From a virus (lineage: Duplodnaviria > Caudoviricetes), in the IMG/VR virus record IMGVR_UViG_3300044842_000203, positions 47,567-111,566 of that record: a DNA stretch of 64,000 bases. The stretch is one strand, 5' to 3'. The notes below the pieces were generated by a model. It was not told the origin of the DNA. It ran no database searches and worked only from the letters and a program-made list of their open reading frames with translations. The translations under genes were made by a program, and so were the position numbers. Positions 27,276 through 35,431 of the stretch are shown here, piece after piece; the stretch's first letter is position 1; each line of letters opens with the position of its first letter.

Positions 27276-27659
27276 TCACCCCTCAGCAGCGTCGATCACC
27301 ACAGGCTGCACCGGCACCCGGTGGTTCGAGTTCTGAGCTGCATCAATCGCCTCCGGCTCGTACACGTCAGGCTCATCCCGCCACACCAATCCCATCGCCG
27401 CGAGCACCGTGGCCCCAGCGATGAACGCGTCAGCGAAATTCAGAACCATCCACCCGTGCTCGCCCGTGTACCAGCGCAACAAACCGAACACCATGAACAT
27501 GGCCGCAGTCCAACCATAGGCCTTAGCCAAGGTAGTCAATCGAGCCGAAGGGATCTCTTGCTGCCACACCAAACCGATGAGCCCGGCGCACCCAATCGGT
27601 AAACCGATGAGCGCAAAAATCTGATTAACTAGCAAAATGATGTGCGTGAGTGGCTGCAT
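27276..27659 (-). CDS. Membrane protein
   Basis: 3 TM. Confidence 0.7.
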   Translation of the reverse strand: MQPLTHIILLVNQIFALIGLPIGCAGLIGLVWQQEIPSARLTTLAKAYGWTAAMFMVFGLLRWYTGEHGWMVLNFADAFIAGATVLAAMGLVWRDEPDVYEPEAIDAAQNSNHRVPVQPVVIDAAEG

Positions 27660-27673
27660 GTGCTGTGCCTTTC

Positions 27674-28057
27674 CTATTCTCTGACCACCGCAGTGGGATG
27701 GTCATCCGGTACTACCGGGAGTGGCGCCGTGGGAGGCGCCGAACTACGTGACCGCGCTGGCCGGCGCGCGGACTCACGATCAGCAATGGTGATCTGCTCC
27801 AAGAGCGCCATATCCCGCTCATGAAACCGATCCGGATAGTAGGTGTCCATGAAATGCTGGTAGGCGAGAAACAAACCAAACGCGACAAATAGCACCACCA
27901 CCAGCAAAGTGATGCCGATAATCAGCCCGCGACTGGCGCCGTCGAACAGCCATGCGCCCGTAGTGCCCGGATCCGGCTTAAGCATCTGATTGCCGATCAA
28001 CAGTCCGGCCATAGCGATGAGACCTAGAACAGCGAGGACGGTACCGGTGAGACGCAT
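27674..28057 (-). CDS. Membrane protein
   Basis: 2 TM, GAGGAG RBS. Confidence 0.7.
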   Translation of the reverse strand: MRLTGTVLAVLGLIAMAGLLIGNQMLKPDPGTTGAWLFDGASRGLIIGITLLVVVLFVAFGLFLAYQHFMDTYYPDRFHERDMALLEQITIADRESARRPARSRSSAPPTAPLPVVPDDHPTAVVRE

Positions 28058-28401
28058 ACTCGACTCCTCTCCACATCCGGGTGCGGGCCGTAGCCCAAAG
28101 CGGGAGCCTGCGTCTGGAGCAGATGCAAAATCAGCTCCTCACAAGCCCGTTGCAGCGTGGACTCCGAGCCGGCGCCCAACAGGTGCTCGGGCACCTTGTC
28201 CTCCAGCCCGTCGGTTTCCAGGCCGGGCCGACCGTCCCCGCGAAACGCGGGTTTCGTCGACGCCCACATCCACCTTGAGCGGATCTTGTAAACCACGCCG
28301 ATGGACCGGTCGGAAGGTCGAATGTGCACCCAGTATTGGCTGCGCACCGTCGAAGGAACTAGGCGTAGCTGCAACCCATCAACGTCGATCTGGCGGCTCA
28401 T
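28024..28401 (-). CDS. Hypothetical protein
   Basis: Downstream of motif promoter. Confidence 0.65.
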   Translation of the reverse strand: MSRQIDVDGLQLRLVPSTVRSQYWVHIRPSDRSIGVVYKIRSRWMWASTKPAFRGDGRPGLETDGLEDKVPEHLLGAGSESTLQRACEELILHLLQTQAPALGYGPHPDVERSRVCVSPVPSSLF

Positions 28402-28424
28402 CGGGCCTCAACTCTCACGGTCGG

Positions 28425-28444
28425 TCGGAACACACACGACCATA
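28425..28444 (-). promoter_or_regulatory. Variant motif promoter TATGGT-N7-GTTCCGA
   Basis: Intergenic. Confidence 0.7.
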
Positions 28445-28479
28445 CCACTAGCCTGCTGGGCGATCATCCCCTTAACGCA

Positions 28480-28510
28480 ACAACCCCCGGTTTTCCAGGC
28501 CGGGGGTTGT
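28480..28510 (-). terminator. Hairpin terminator
   Basis: ACAACCCCCGG/CCGGGGGTTGT stem. Confidence 0.65.
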
Positions 28511-28749
28511 CGTCACGCAGGCACTACAGCACAACAGCAGCAAGGCCAGAATGGCCGCGCGCAGACTACTCGACTATCTCCACGGGCACGTGCTCGTGCT
28601 CGCCATCCATGGCGTCACAGGTGCAACTCAACATCCCAACCACCTCGGTGGGTTCGTTGGATGCACGTCGCAGTGCACCCCGCGGACATGGCATGTGCAC
28701 TCTTGACTCATCCCAGCTACCACCCTTCCTGTCCGATGCGAAGATGGCC

Positions 28750-29014
28750 GGACCCCCACCCCGGCCGGTTCGGGCCGCAGCACACCCGCCGCGCCAGCGG
28801 CGAAAGACCCCGAGCGTGCGCGTTCCACGGGAGGTACGAGACTGGTGACCAGAAGCAGAGCCAGCAACCCGCGCCCAACCGGTCAAGCGCGCTACTCCTG
28901 ATCTCAACGGGTGACCGTCCCCACCAGCGCCGGGCTCCCACCCCGGCGGTTGGGCTAAGACCCTCGCCACGCGCCCGAGACCCTCGCGTTACGACCGGGC
29001 AGCCCTGGAAGTCC
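28750..29014 (-). ncRNA. Putative ~265-nt structured RNA, family unrecognised
   Basis: Four nested long-range stems with G-U pairs on - strand; no credible ORF. Confidence 0.55.
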
Positions 29015-29017
29015 ATT

Positions 29018-29359
29018 TCAGCCCTCTGGTGTCTCGTCCAACTGGATCGCCTGATCCAGCATGCCCAGGGCATGCACTAGCAGTGCTTGCATAAACCGCA
29101 GCTCCACGGGGTGCATCCCCCACCGGTTCCGCAAACTCTGCGCGTCGATTTCGCCGAGATTCACGGCGCCCTTCGGGGACACGTACACCAGTGTGGGCGA
29201 GCCCATCGCGGAGATCAGCGCCACCGCGGTCGACCCCGGCTCGGGTACATGGCCCTCGATGCTGGACAGGATCTCCCGCAGTACGCCCGTGCACGGGCCA
29301 CCGTTCGGCGACACCGACAGCGCGGCATGCGCCCGGCCGAGCAGATCGCGGCTGATCAT
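29018..29359 (-). CDS. Hypothetical protein
   Basis: ATGA-coupled. Confidence 0.6.
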   Translation of the reverse strand: MISRDLLGRAHAALSVSPNGGPCTGVLREILSSIEGHVPEPGSTAVALISAMGSPTLVYVSPKGAVNLGEIDAQSLRNRWGMHPVELRFMQALLVHALGMLDQAIQLDETPEG

Positions 29360-29685
29360 GGCCGCCACCCGTCGGCCAGCCAGTCGAGCATCAACCGGCC
29401 ATCGTCGGACAGTTGCACCCGGCACCCGGATATCAGCGGCTCAACCAAACCCAGCAGAGCCAGCGTGCACACGTCGATCCGTTCCTCGGGGGTGGCCAGG
29501 ATCAGCCGATCCAGCGGCCCGACCCACACCCAGCAGGGACCGTTGCGGCCCTGCCAGCCCTCGGGGGTGTCAGGTTCACCGACCTGCCAATCCGGGGGCG
29601 GTGACTGCCAGTAGAGGAGCACCTCACCGGCCACGTCGCGAAGTAGACGCCGCTGGTGCGGCGACACATCCAGGATGCCGATCAC
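29356..29685 (-). CDS. Hypothetical protein
   Basis: GTGA-coupled. Confidence 0.6.
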   Translation of the reverse strand: MIGILDVSPHQRRLLRDVAGEVLLYWQSPPPDWQVGEPDTPEGWQGRNGPCWVWVGPLDRLILATPEERIDVCTLALLGLVEPLISGCRVQLSDDGRLMLDWLADGWRP

Positions 29686-30017
29686 GCCACCACTCCCTTA
29701 CTGCGCAGAACAAGATCCTTATGCGATGCCCGGCAATGGCGATTAGCGAACTTCCACCGCTCGCGCACTAAATACGCATCCCATACCCACGTCTCATCGC
29801 CCCCAACGAGATCCACCAAGCTCCCCGTGCTCACCCACCGCCACGAAGCGCAGTTGACCTGCCACTCGGCGTTGATCCACGCCTCGCGGGCCCGCCGGTA
29901 GGCCATGGTGATGCCGTACCAGCCGCCGAACGGTTCATGGGACGGGGCGAAGTTCATCCGATCCACCCAGTAGACGTATTCGTCGTACGCGTCGGGCACG
30001 CTCGGCAAACCGCTCAC
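29682..30017 (-). CDS. Hypothetical protein
   Basis: Coupled ORF. Confidence 0.6.
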   Translation of the reverse strand: MSGLPSVPDAYDEYVYWVDRMNFAPSHEPFGGWYGITMAYRRAREAWINAEWQVNCASWRWVSTGSLVDLVGGDETWVWDAYLVRERWKFANRHCRASHKDLVLRSKGVVA

Positions 30018-30114
30018 CACAAGTCCCTTTTGTTCGCCGCCCGGATGCACAGCAACCCCGCGAGCGCCAGCAGAAACGCGAGCACGAAGAACGCGATGGC
30101 CAGCTGTCCCTGCG

Positions 30115-30588
30115 TCATGGCACATCAATCCGGGAGATCGGCAGCAGTCGTTCGAAGCCGGCCAGATCGGCGGCCTGCTCAGCCCGCCAGTAGCCGTCCT
30201 CACCGCCCTCGGTGTAGATACCGATCAAGTCGATTTCGTTGCCGTCAGCGTTGAGCGCCACCACCCGGTAGCAGTCCGACTCGCGGTAGTGGATGACGCG
30301 CACCGTGACGGGCACGGCGATGCTGCGTGCCTTCAGGAAAGCGCGCACAGCCTCATCGTCGATCTCTTGTCGGGTGCGAGCTGGGCGCACGTGAAACAGC
30401 CGGGCTGTCCCGTCTTTGCCGTCGTAGTAGGTCGCCACGCCACGCGTGCCGGGGCGCCACGACTTGCCTCGACCAGACTTCATCGGCACCAGCCACGGGC
30501 CGGAGTCATGCCGCTCGGCGAGATCATCCGGTAGGTAGGCCGGGGTGCCGTCAGCGTGCCAGCCGACGGGGATCCGCTCATCGCTCAT
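30115..30588 (-). CDS. Hypothetical protein
   Basis: Abuts upstream stop. Confidence 0.65.
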   Translation of the reverse strand: MSDERIPVGWHADGTPAYLPDDLAERHDSGPWLVPMKSGRGKSWRPGTRGVATYYDGKDGTARLFHVRPARTRQEIDDEAVRAFLKARSIAVPVTVRVIHYRESDCYRVVALNADGNEIDLIGIYTEGGEDGYWRAEQAADLAGFERLLPISRIDVP

Positions 30589-30849
30589 TCAGTCCACATC
30601 CAATCGGGAAATGTCGAGTCGGCGGATGCGGGCGGCGCGGGCGGCCTCACGCTCAGCCAAAGCCTCAGCCTGCTCCGCGTCGAAACGCTGGCCAACCGCG
30701 ATGCAGGTGATCGGCTCAACCACGTTGTGCGCCTCGACCACATCCACGGAGAACAGGTCACGGCCACGCAGATAAGTGATGCGCACGGTGCGCCGTGCCA
30801 GGAGTCGTTGGATCGCGGCGGCGTTGGCGCCGGCGAAAGCGGCGGTCAT
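30589..30849 (-). CDS. Hypothetical protein
   Basis: GGGGAG RBS. Confidence 0.65.
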   Translation of the reverse strand: MTAAFAGANAAAIQRLLARRTVRITYLRGRDLFSVDVVEAHNVVEPITCIAVGQRFDAEQAEALAEREAARAARIRRLDISRLDVD

Positions 30850-30874
30850 CGGGTCTCCCCAGGTAGGCAACTAA

Positions 30875-30894
30875 CCGGAACATCGCCCACCCTA
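30875..30894 (-). promoter_or_regulatory. Motif promoter TAGGGT-N7-GTTCCGG
   Basis: Intergenic. Confidence 0.8.
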
Positions 30895-30906
30895 CCACAT
30901 TAAGGG

Positions 30907-31488
30907 TTAGGCGCGTCCAGACACGCGCGCCTCAGCCTGGAGCACCGCCCGCTGCGCCAGCCGCCGGGTCTCCTCATTCGCCCAATCCAAACCCACCAAC
31001 TCCGCCATCGACTGCGCCAGCGCCGCCATGCGCTGCGCATGCTGAGTGCGCGCGGCTGCGGACTGCACCTCCAGCTTCAGCCGCACCGCCGTGGTGAGCA
31101 GGGTGCGCAACTCCCGGCGCTCCTCGGCCTCCATGCGGGCCAGCGCAGTCGGCTCCTCCCCAGCAACCTCCACGTCCTGCGTGGCCGGGTTGTAGATCAG
31201 TTTGTCGCGCACGAGGGCGGCCATGCCGTGATCGCGGTACTGCTCGGTGAGTTGAGCGGAGAGCACACGGAGGCGTTGCATCGACAGAGCAGCGAGCCGG
31301 GCGTAGGTGGGGCCGATCTGTTCGGCCTCCAGGGGCGCGACGGAGTCGAAGGTGCCCAGATCCATGTCGGCGGCCTTCTGCGGCGCCCAGGAGCGTGCTG
31401 AGGCCGTCAGGGCGGCCTGCTGGGCACGGTGGTCGGCGAAGCGTTGGGCGATGCCGTCGAGCGGGTTGTCGGGGGTGGTGTCGGGCAC
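30907..31488 (-). CDS. Helical protein, possible terminase small subunit-like
   Basis: GEEPTALARMEAEERRELR recalls actinophage TerS C-termini; TACCCT 6 nt before GTG. Confidence 0.45.
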   Translation of the reverse strand: MPDTTPDNPLDGIAQRFADHRAQQAALTASARSWAPQKAADMDLGTFDSVAPLEAEQIGPTYARLAALSMQRLRVLSAQLTEQYRDHGMAALVRDKLIYNPATQDVEVAGEEPTALARMEAEERRELRTLLTTAVRLKLEVQSAAARTQHAQRMAALAQSMAELVGLDWANEETRRLAQRAVLQAEARVSGRA

Positions 31489-31586
31489 GTGGGGAGGGTA
31501 GCGCCCACCATGATCATCCGCGCACAAATCTAACCTCGGGTCGAGCGGCGCCTTTATAACTCAACCTTTGTGGCATAACTGTTTCC

Positions 31587-31728
31587 GGCCCTGAGCGCCA
31601 GATCCCGACTTACGACGGGTATACACACGGGGTGTCGGGAGCGTCCATCAGCTGGGTACCTGACAAAGGGCGGGTGGCCAATTTCATGTGTATACCCCTC
31701 CTAAGTCGGACCTGGCGCCGCTCAGGCC
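31587..31728. repeat. Long imperfect inverted repeat, ~41-bp arms
   Basis: Arms 31587-31627 and 31687-31728. Confidence 0.85.
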
Positions 31729-31900
31729 CAATGTTGCGCTGCCATATTGATAAGTCCGGAGCCGTGGATGTATGGCCAGATGGCTCACGTGCAGGACCCC
31801 TTTACGCCAACATTGATGTTGATCTTCCCGAAGGGTGGACAGCGATCATGGACGAACCGCCCACTTCACGTGCCTAGAAGGGGTCCGTGCACGCGTGTGG

Positions 31901-31921
31901 TAGGCTCTGGTCACGTTCCGG
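31901..31921 (+). promoter_or_regulatory. Motif promoter TAGGCT-N8-GTTCCGG
   Basis: Heads rightward block. Confidence 0.75.
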
Positions 31922-32008
31922 CAAGGGTTCCGATCCTCTGACACAAGTTGATCAGATCTATGCGTCAACAAGTATACGGAGATCGGCCATATTACTGAGG
32001 AGTAACAA

Positions 32009-33259
32009 ATGTCATCTGGCACTATTTCGGCTGCCAATGTTGAGCACTACGTCCACGCCGCACTCAGCCACACGCCCGTTACGGCCACCAGGATGGGTGT
32101 GCTCACAATGATTCGGGATGCCCTCGTGGGCACCGAGCACCCAGCGATTGCCCGCGAGTTAGAGCGCACCGCAGTCCCCCTGGCACGCGCTCTGGCCGTC
32201 GAGACTCTGGACGAGATCGACGGTGCGATGCGTGCCCTCAAGGGTCGGCCGCCGATCGGCGTGACTCGTGCTCTGGCTGATCCGGAGTTCGTGACGGTGC
32301 TGGTGGACTCGATGGAGGTAATGGGCTGGTCGGATCTGGCGTTGCGCGCAGCTCGGTGGGGCGCACGCAATCCGCGTAATCCTCTGGAGGCGTTGCCGCT
32401 GGCCGGTGATGCTCTGGCGCAGCGAGCGGATCTGTTGGGTCAGTTGCGGCTGCGTGCGGAGGAGTTGCGGACGGGTTGGCGCGAGGCCGGGGCGATGCTC
32501 AATGGCGATGCGGTGTTCGTTGATGGGCGTTCGCTTGCGGCGGCGGCGCGGGCGTGGCAGATACCGATGATCACGGGCGAGGTGCCGGAGAAGCCGACTG
32601 CAACGGCGGTGCTGCATCCGAATCGGCTGGGCCGTACGGCAGCGATTGTGGCGTTTGCGCAGCTGCCGAAGGTGGTGCGGTCGACAGCACCAGACGCGGT
32701 GATCTTTGAGTCGCTGGCTTTGATGGTTGCGGTGGGGGAGTCGATTACGCGCTGGGTTCCCAGTAATGAGCAGCGGGGCTTGATGGTGTGGGACGCGTCG
32801 ACGGTCACAGCGGCAACTCGGGGGGAGCTGCCGGTGCGTGTGCGCGTGGGCGAGCCGGTGGAGCCTGAGTCAGCGAACTTGTCGATGTGGTGGCCGGTGC
32901 TTTCGGCGTGGGGTGCGACATCGAAGCGCGCGGCGACGGCGATGCCGACGGCGTGGCGGCTATCAGAGGTTGAGGCCGATGTTCTGGTGTGGGTGTTGTG
33001 TAGTTGCGCGGCGCGTTTGGGGGTGGCTGCGTCGATGCCGGCGCCGGTGCGGTCGGTTCGCCCGTGGGCGGCTCCGACTCCGGTGACGTGGGAGCAGCAC
33101 TGGTCTGAGGAGTCGCGTAAGTGGGAGATGGGGGTGCGCTCGGTGTGGGGGTTGATGCAGAGCGTGCGTCGGTTTGAGTCGCGTACGGCGTACCCGGAGG
33201 ATGGGTCACTGGCGTGGGCCTTGGATGACGATTCGTTGTGGCCGTGGCGGGCGCGGTAG
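32009..33259 (+). CDS. Hypothetical protein
   Basis: GAGGAG RBS, 416 aa. Confidence 0.75.
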   Translation: MSSGTISAANVEHYVHAALSHTPVTATRMGVLTMIRDALVGTEHPAIARELERTAVPLARALAVETLDEIDGAMRALKGRPPIGVTRALADPEFVTVLVDSMEVMGWSDLALRAARWGARNPRNPLEALPLAGDALAQRADLLGQLRLRAEELRTGWREAGAMLNGDAVFVDGRSLAAAARAWQIPMITGEVPEKPTATAVLHPNRLGRTAAIVAFAQLPKVVRSTAPDAVIFESLALMVAVGESITRWVPSNEQRGLMVWDASTVTAATRGELPVRVRVGEPVEPESANLSMWWPVLSAWGATSKRAATAMPTAWRLSEVEADVLVWVLCSCAARLGVAASMPAPVRSVRPWAAPTPVTWEQHWSEESRKWEMGVRSVWGLMQSVRRFESRTAYPEDGSLAWALDDDSLWPWRAR

Positions 33260-33280
33260 CGCCCCATCCCGCAGCAATGG

Positions 33281-33300
33281 TACGCTGTACCCTGTTCCGG
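33281..33300 (+). promoter_or_regulatory. Motif promoter TACGCT-N7-GTTCCGG
   Basis: Intergenic. Confidence 0.8.
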
Positions 33301-33325
33301 CTTGACCGATGAGAGAGGCATACCG

Positions 33326-34675
33326 ATGACCACGGCGACCACCGTCTGGACGCCCGGCGCGCAGCAGGCCGAGGCGTTAGCTGACATCCGCGACTGGTAC
33401 ACCAACCCGGCCCGTAAGCATGAGCAGATCTACCGACTGTTCGGCTACGCGGGCGTGGGCAAGACCACGTGCTCGTGTCACGCGGTGGGCCAGCTGGGCT
33501 TGTCGGATGTGTGCGCGGCGGCGTACACGGGCAAGGCGGCGCACGTGATGCGCACTCGCGGCGGGTGGCCGCAGGCACAGACGATCCACTCGTTGATTTA
33601 CAAGCCGTTGGGGGACTCGAATCCGGAGTTGGATCGGCTTCGGGCTGAGTTGCTGGCCATCGAGGAGAATCCCGAGATCAGCGATGAGCTGCGCGCGGAG
33701 CTGGTCGCCGAGATCAAGACGCAGATCAAGGCGGAGGAGCGTAAGCCGAAGCAGATGCGGTTCACGCTGGCTGAGGACTCGGATCTGGCGTACGCCCAGT
33801 TGTGCGTGGTCGACGAGGTGTCGATGGTGGGCGAGAACATGGCCGCAGATTTGCTGCGGTTCGGTAAGAAGATCCTGGTGTTGGGTGATCCGGCGCAGCT
33901 GCCCCCGGTGGGTCGTGATGAGGGGTTTTTCACGAACGCGGCACCGAATTACCTGTTGACGGAGGTGCACCGGGCGGCGTGGGATCACCCGATCACGCGG
34001 ATTGCCACGATGATCCGGGAGTCGGATCCGCGCCAGCGCATGCTGGGTTTCACGACCAGTGTGGGTAACTGTGGCCGCTATGACCGGTTGCCGACGGGCA
34101 TTGAGCGTTATGACCAGGTGATTTGTGGCACGAACCGCACCCGCTGGCGTTTGATCAACAAGATTCGGGATGCGCTCGGGTTCTACGGGCCGGCTCCGGT
34201 GGTGGGGGATCGGATCATTGTGCTGGCCAACTCGAAAGACGCTGGGGTTTTCAACGGTCAGCAGTTTGAGGTGTTGGCGTGCGAGGCGGATCCGGAGGAT
34301 CGGCGGGCCGAGAAGTGGATGCTCACTGTCCGCGATGACGAGGGTTTGGAGCGGTCGTTGCGGGTGTGGCGTGAGGGTTTCACCGGTCCGGAGGGTGAGA
34401 AGGACATCAAGTTCTCGGGTCGTGGGCTCACCGCGGCGGCTACGTTCGCGCAGGCGATCACCTGTCACAAGTCGCAAGGATCTGAGTTCAGTAATGTTCT
34501 TGTGGTAGACGAGTCGCACGTGTTCCGCACGGCCAGGCTCAAGTCAGCGCAGGGGCAGCGGGAAGTGGCGCGAGCGCACGAAGAGGCCCGCAGTTGGCTC
34601 TACACGGCGGTGACACGGGCCAGTAATCACGTCAGCGTGATGGATGTTGATGACCTGTTGCCGAGGCGGCGGTGA
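33326..34675 (+). CDS. RecD/Dda-like SF1B helicase
   Basis: GYAGVGKT, VDEVSM, GDPAQLPPV, TCHKSQGSE, YTAVTRA. Confidence 0.92.
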   Translation: MTTATTVWTPGAQQAEALADIRDWYTNPARKHEQIYRLFGYAGVGKTTCSCHAVGQLGLSDVCAAAYTGKAAHVMRTRGGWPQAQTIHSLIYKPLGDSNPELDRLRAELLAIEENPEISDELRAELVAEIKTQIKAEERKPKQMRFTLAEDSDLAYAQLCVVDEVSMVGENMAADLLRFGKKILVLGDPAQLPPVGRDEGFFTNAAPNYLLTEVHRAAWDHPITRIATMIRESDPRQRMLGFTTSVGNCGRYDRLPTGIERYDQVICGTNRTRWRLINKIRDALGFYGPAPVVGDRIIVLANSKDAGVFNGQQFEVLACEADPEDRRAEKWMLTVRDDEGLERSLRVWREGFTGPEGEKDIKFSGRGLTAAATFAQAITCHKSQGSEFSNVLVVDESHVFRTARLKSAQGQREVARAHEEARSWLYTAVTRASNHVSVMDVDDLLPRRR

Positions 34676-34816
34676 TCCGTTGTGGGAGCTGCGCTCAGCC
34701 CATCACGGGTTGGGCGTGGTTCCATCAGCGGTTGCGGCTTCATGTGCACGACGACCCGACCTGCCAGGCGAACCTGCCAGGCGAACCTGGCAGGTGAGGA
34801 TGTGCGGAGGCAGTGC

Positions 34817-35104
34817 ATGTCTCGGGTCAATGTGCCTCCCGTGGGCCCGGTGGATCTTCCGTGGCCGGCGCCTCCGCCGGGTAGCCCGTATGCGCAGATG
34901 TGGATTGCGGAGTTAACCGAGGATCAGCGAAAGGCTTTACCGGCGCACTATCACCGACCATTTTTCGATGCGCTGTCCACGCCGTCGGCGTGGGTGTGTG
35001 AGGTGTGCTGGGGCGATGGCTGGTCGACGCAGTGGCCGTGCCTGCCTGCGCGGGATGGCGGTATCGAGTTGGCGAAGTCGCTGAATCTTGGGTTCGTGTC
35101 GTGA
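34817..35104 (+). CDS. Hypothetical protein
   Basis: GGAGG RBS; CEVC...WPC. Confidence 0.65.
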   Translation: MSRVNVPPVGPVDLPWPAPPPGSPYAQMWIAELTEDQRKALPAHYHRPFFDALSTPSAWVCEVCWGDGWSTQWPCLPARDGGIELAKSLNLGFVS

Positions 35105-35289
35105 CTGCTCGCATCTTTGTGCTTATCGTGCTCGACTATGTGGTGTGTTTCTATTTGGTGTTTTGGTGGGGCTGGTCACCGTTGTGGCTGTTTATGTTGT
35201 GGCTGGTGGCTGGTGTGTTGTTTGCGTTCAAATCGGAGATTGATGAGTGGTGGAGGGGGAGTCGTGACGGTTATTCAGACAATTCATGA
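35101..35289 (+). CDS. Small membrane protein
   Basis: GTGA-coupled, 2 TM. Confidence 0.55.
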   Translation: MTARIFVLIVLDYVVCFYLVFWWGWSPLWLFMLWLVAGVLFAFKSEIDEWWRGSRDGYSDNS

Positions 35290-35431
35290 TCTCGCGGTGA
35301 TGATTGTTGCGGCGGGTGCTGGCTTGGGTGGTATTTTGATCGGTCATTACATTCGCCGTGATCAGGAGCGCCAGTCCCGTGATCAGTCCAGGGCGCTCAA
35401 CGATCAAACTGTTCGGCTTCCGAAGTCATGA
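35264..35431 (+). CDS. Small membrane protein
   Basis: GGAGG RBS, one TM. Confidence 0.55.
   Translation: MTVIQTIHDLAVMIVAAGAGLGGILIGHYIRRDQERQSRDQSRALNDQTVRLPKS

Noticed and set aside
28566-29073. ORFs 28566-28970 and 28717-29073 as proteins
   Set aside because: Arg/Gly/Trp-rich unprotein-like translations over the structured region; only tiny ORFs near 28566-28711 are possible
31632-31877. 81-aa ORF across the inverted repeat
   Set aside because: Weak RBS, no motifs, overlaps the repeat; left uncalled
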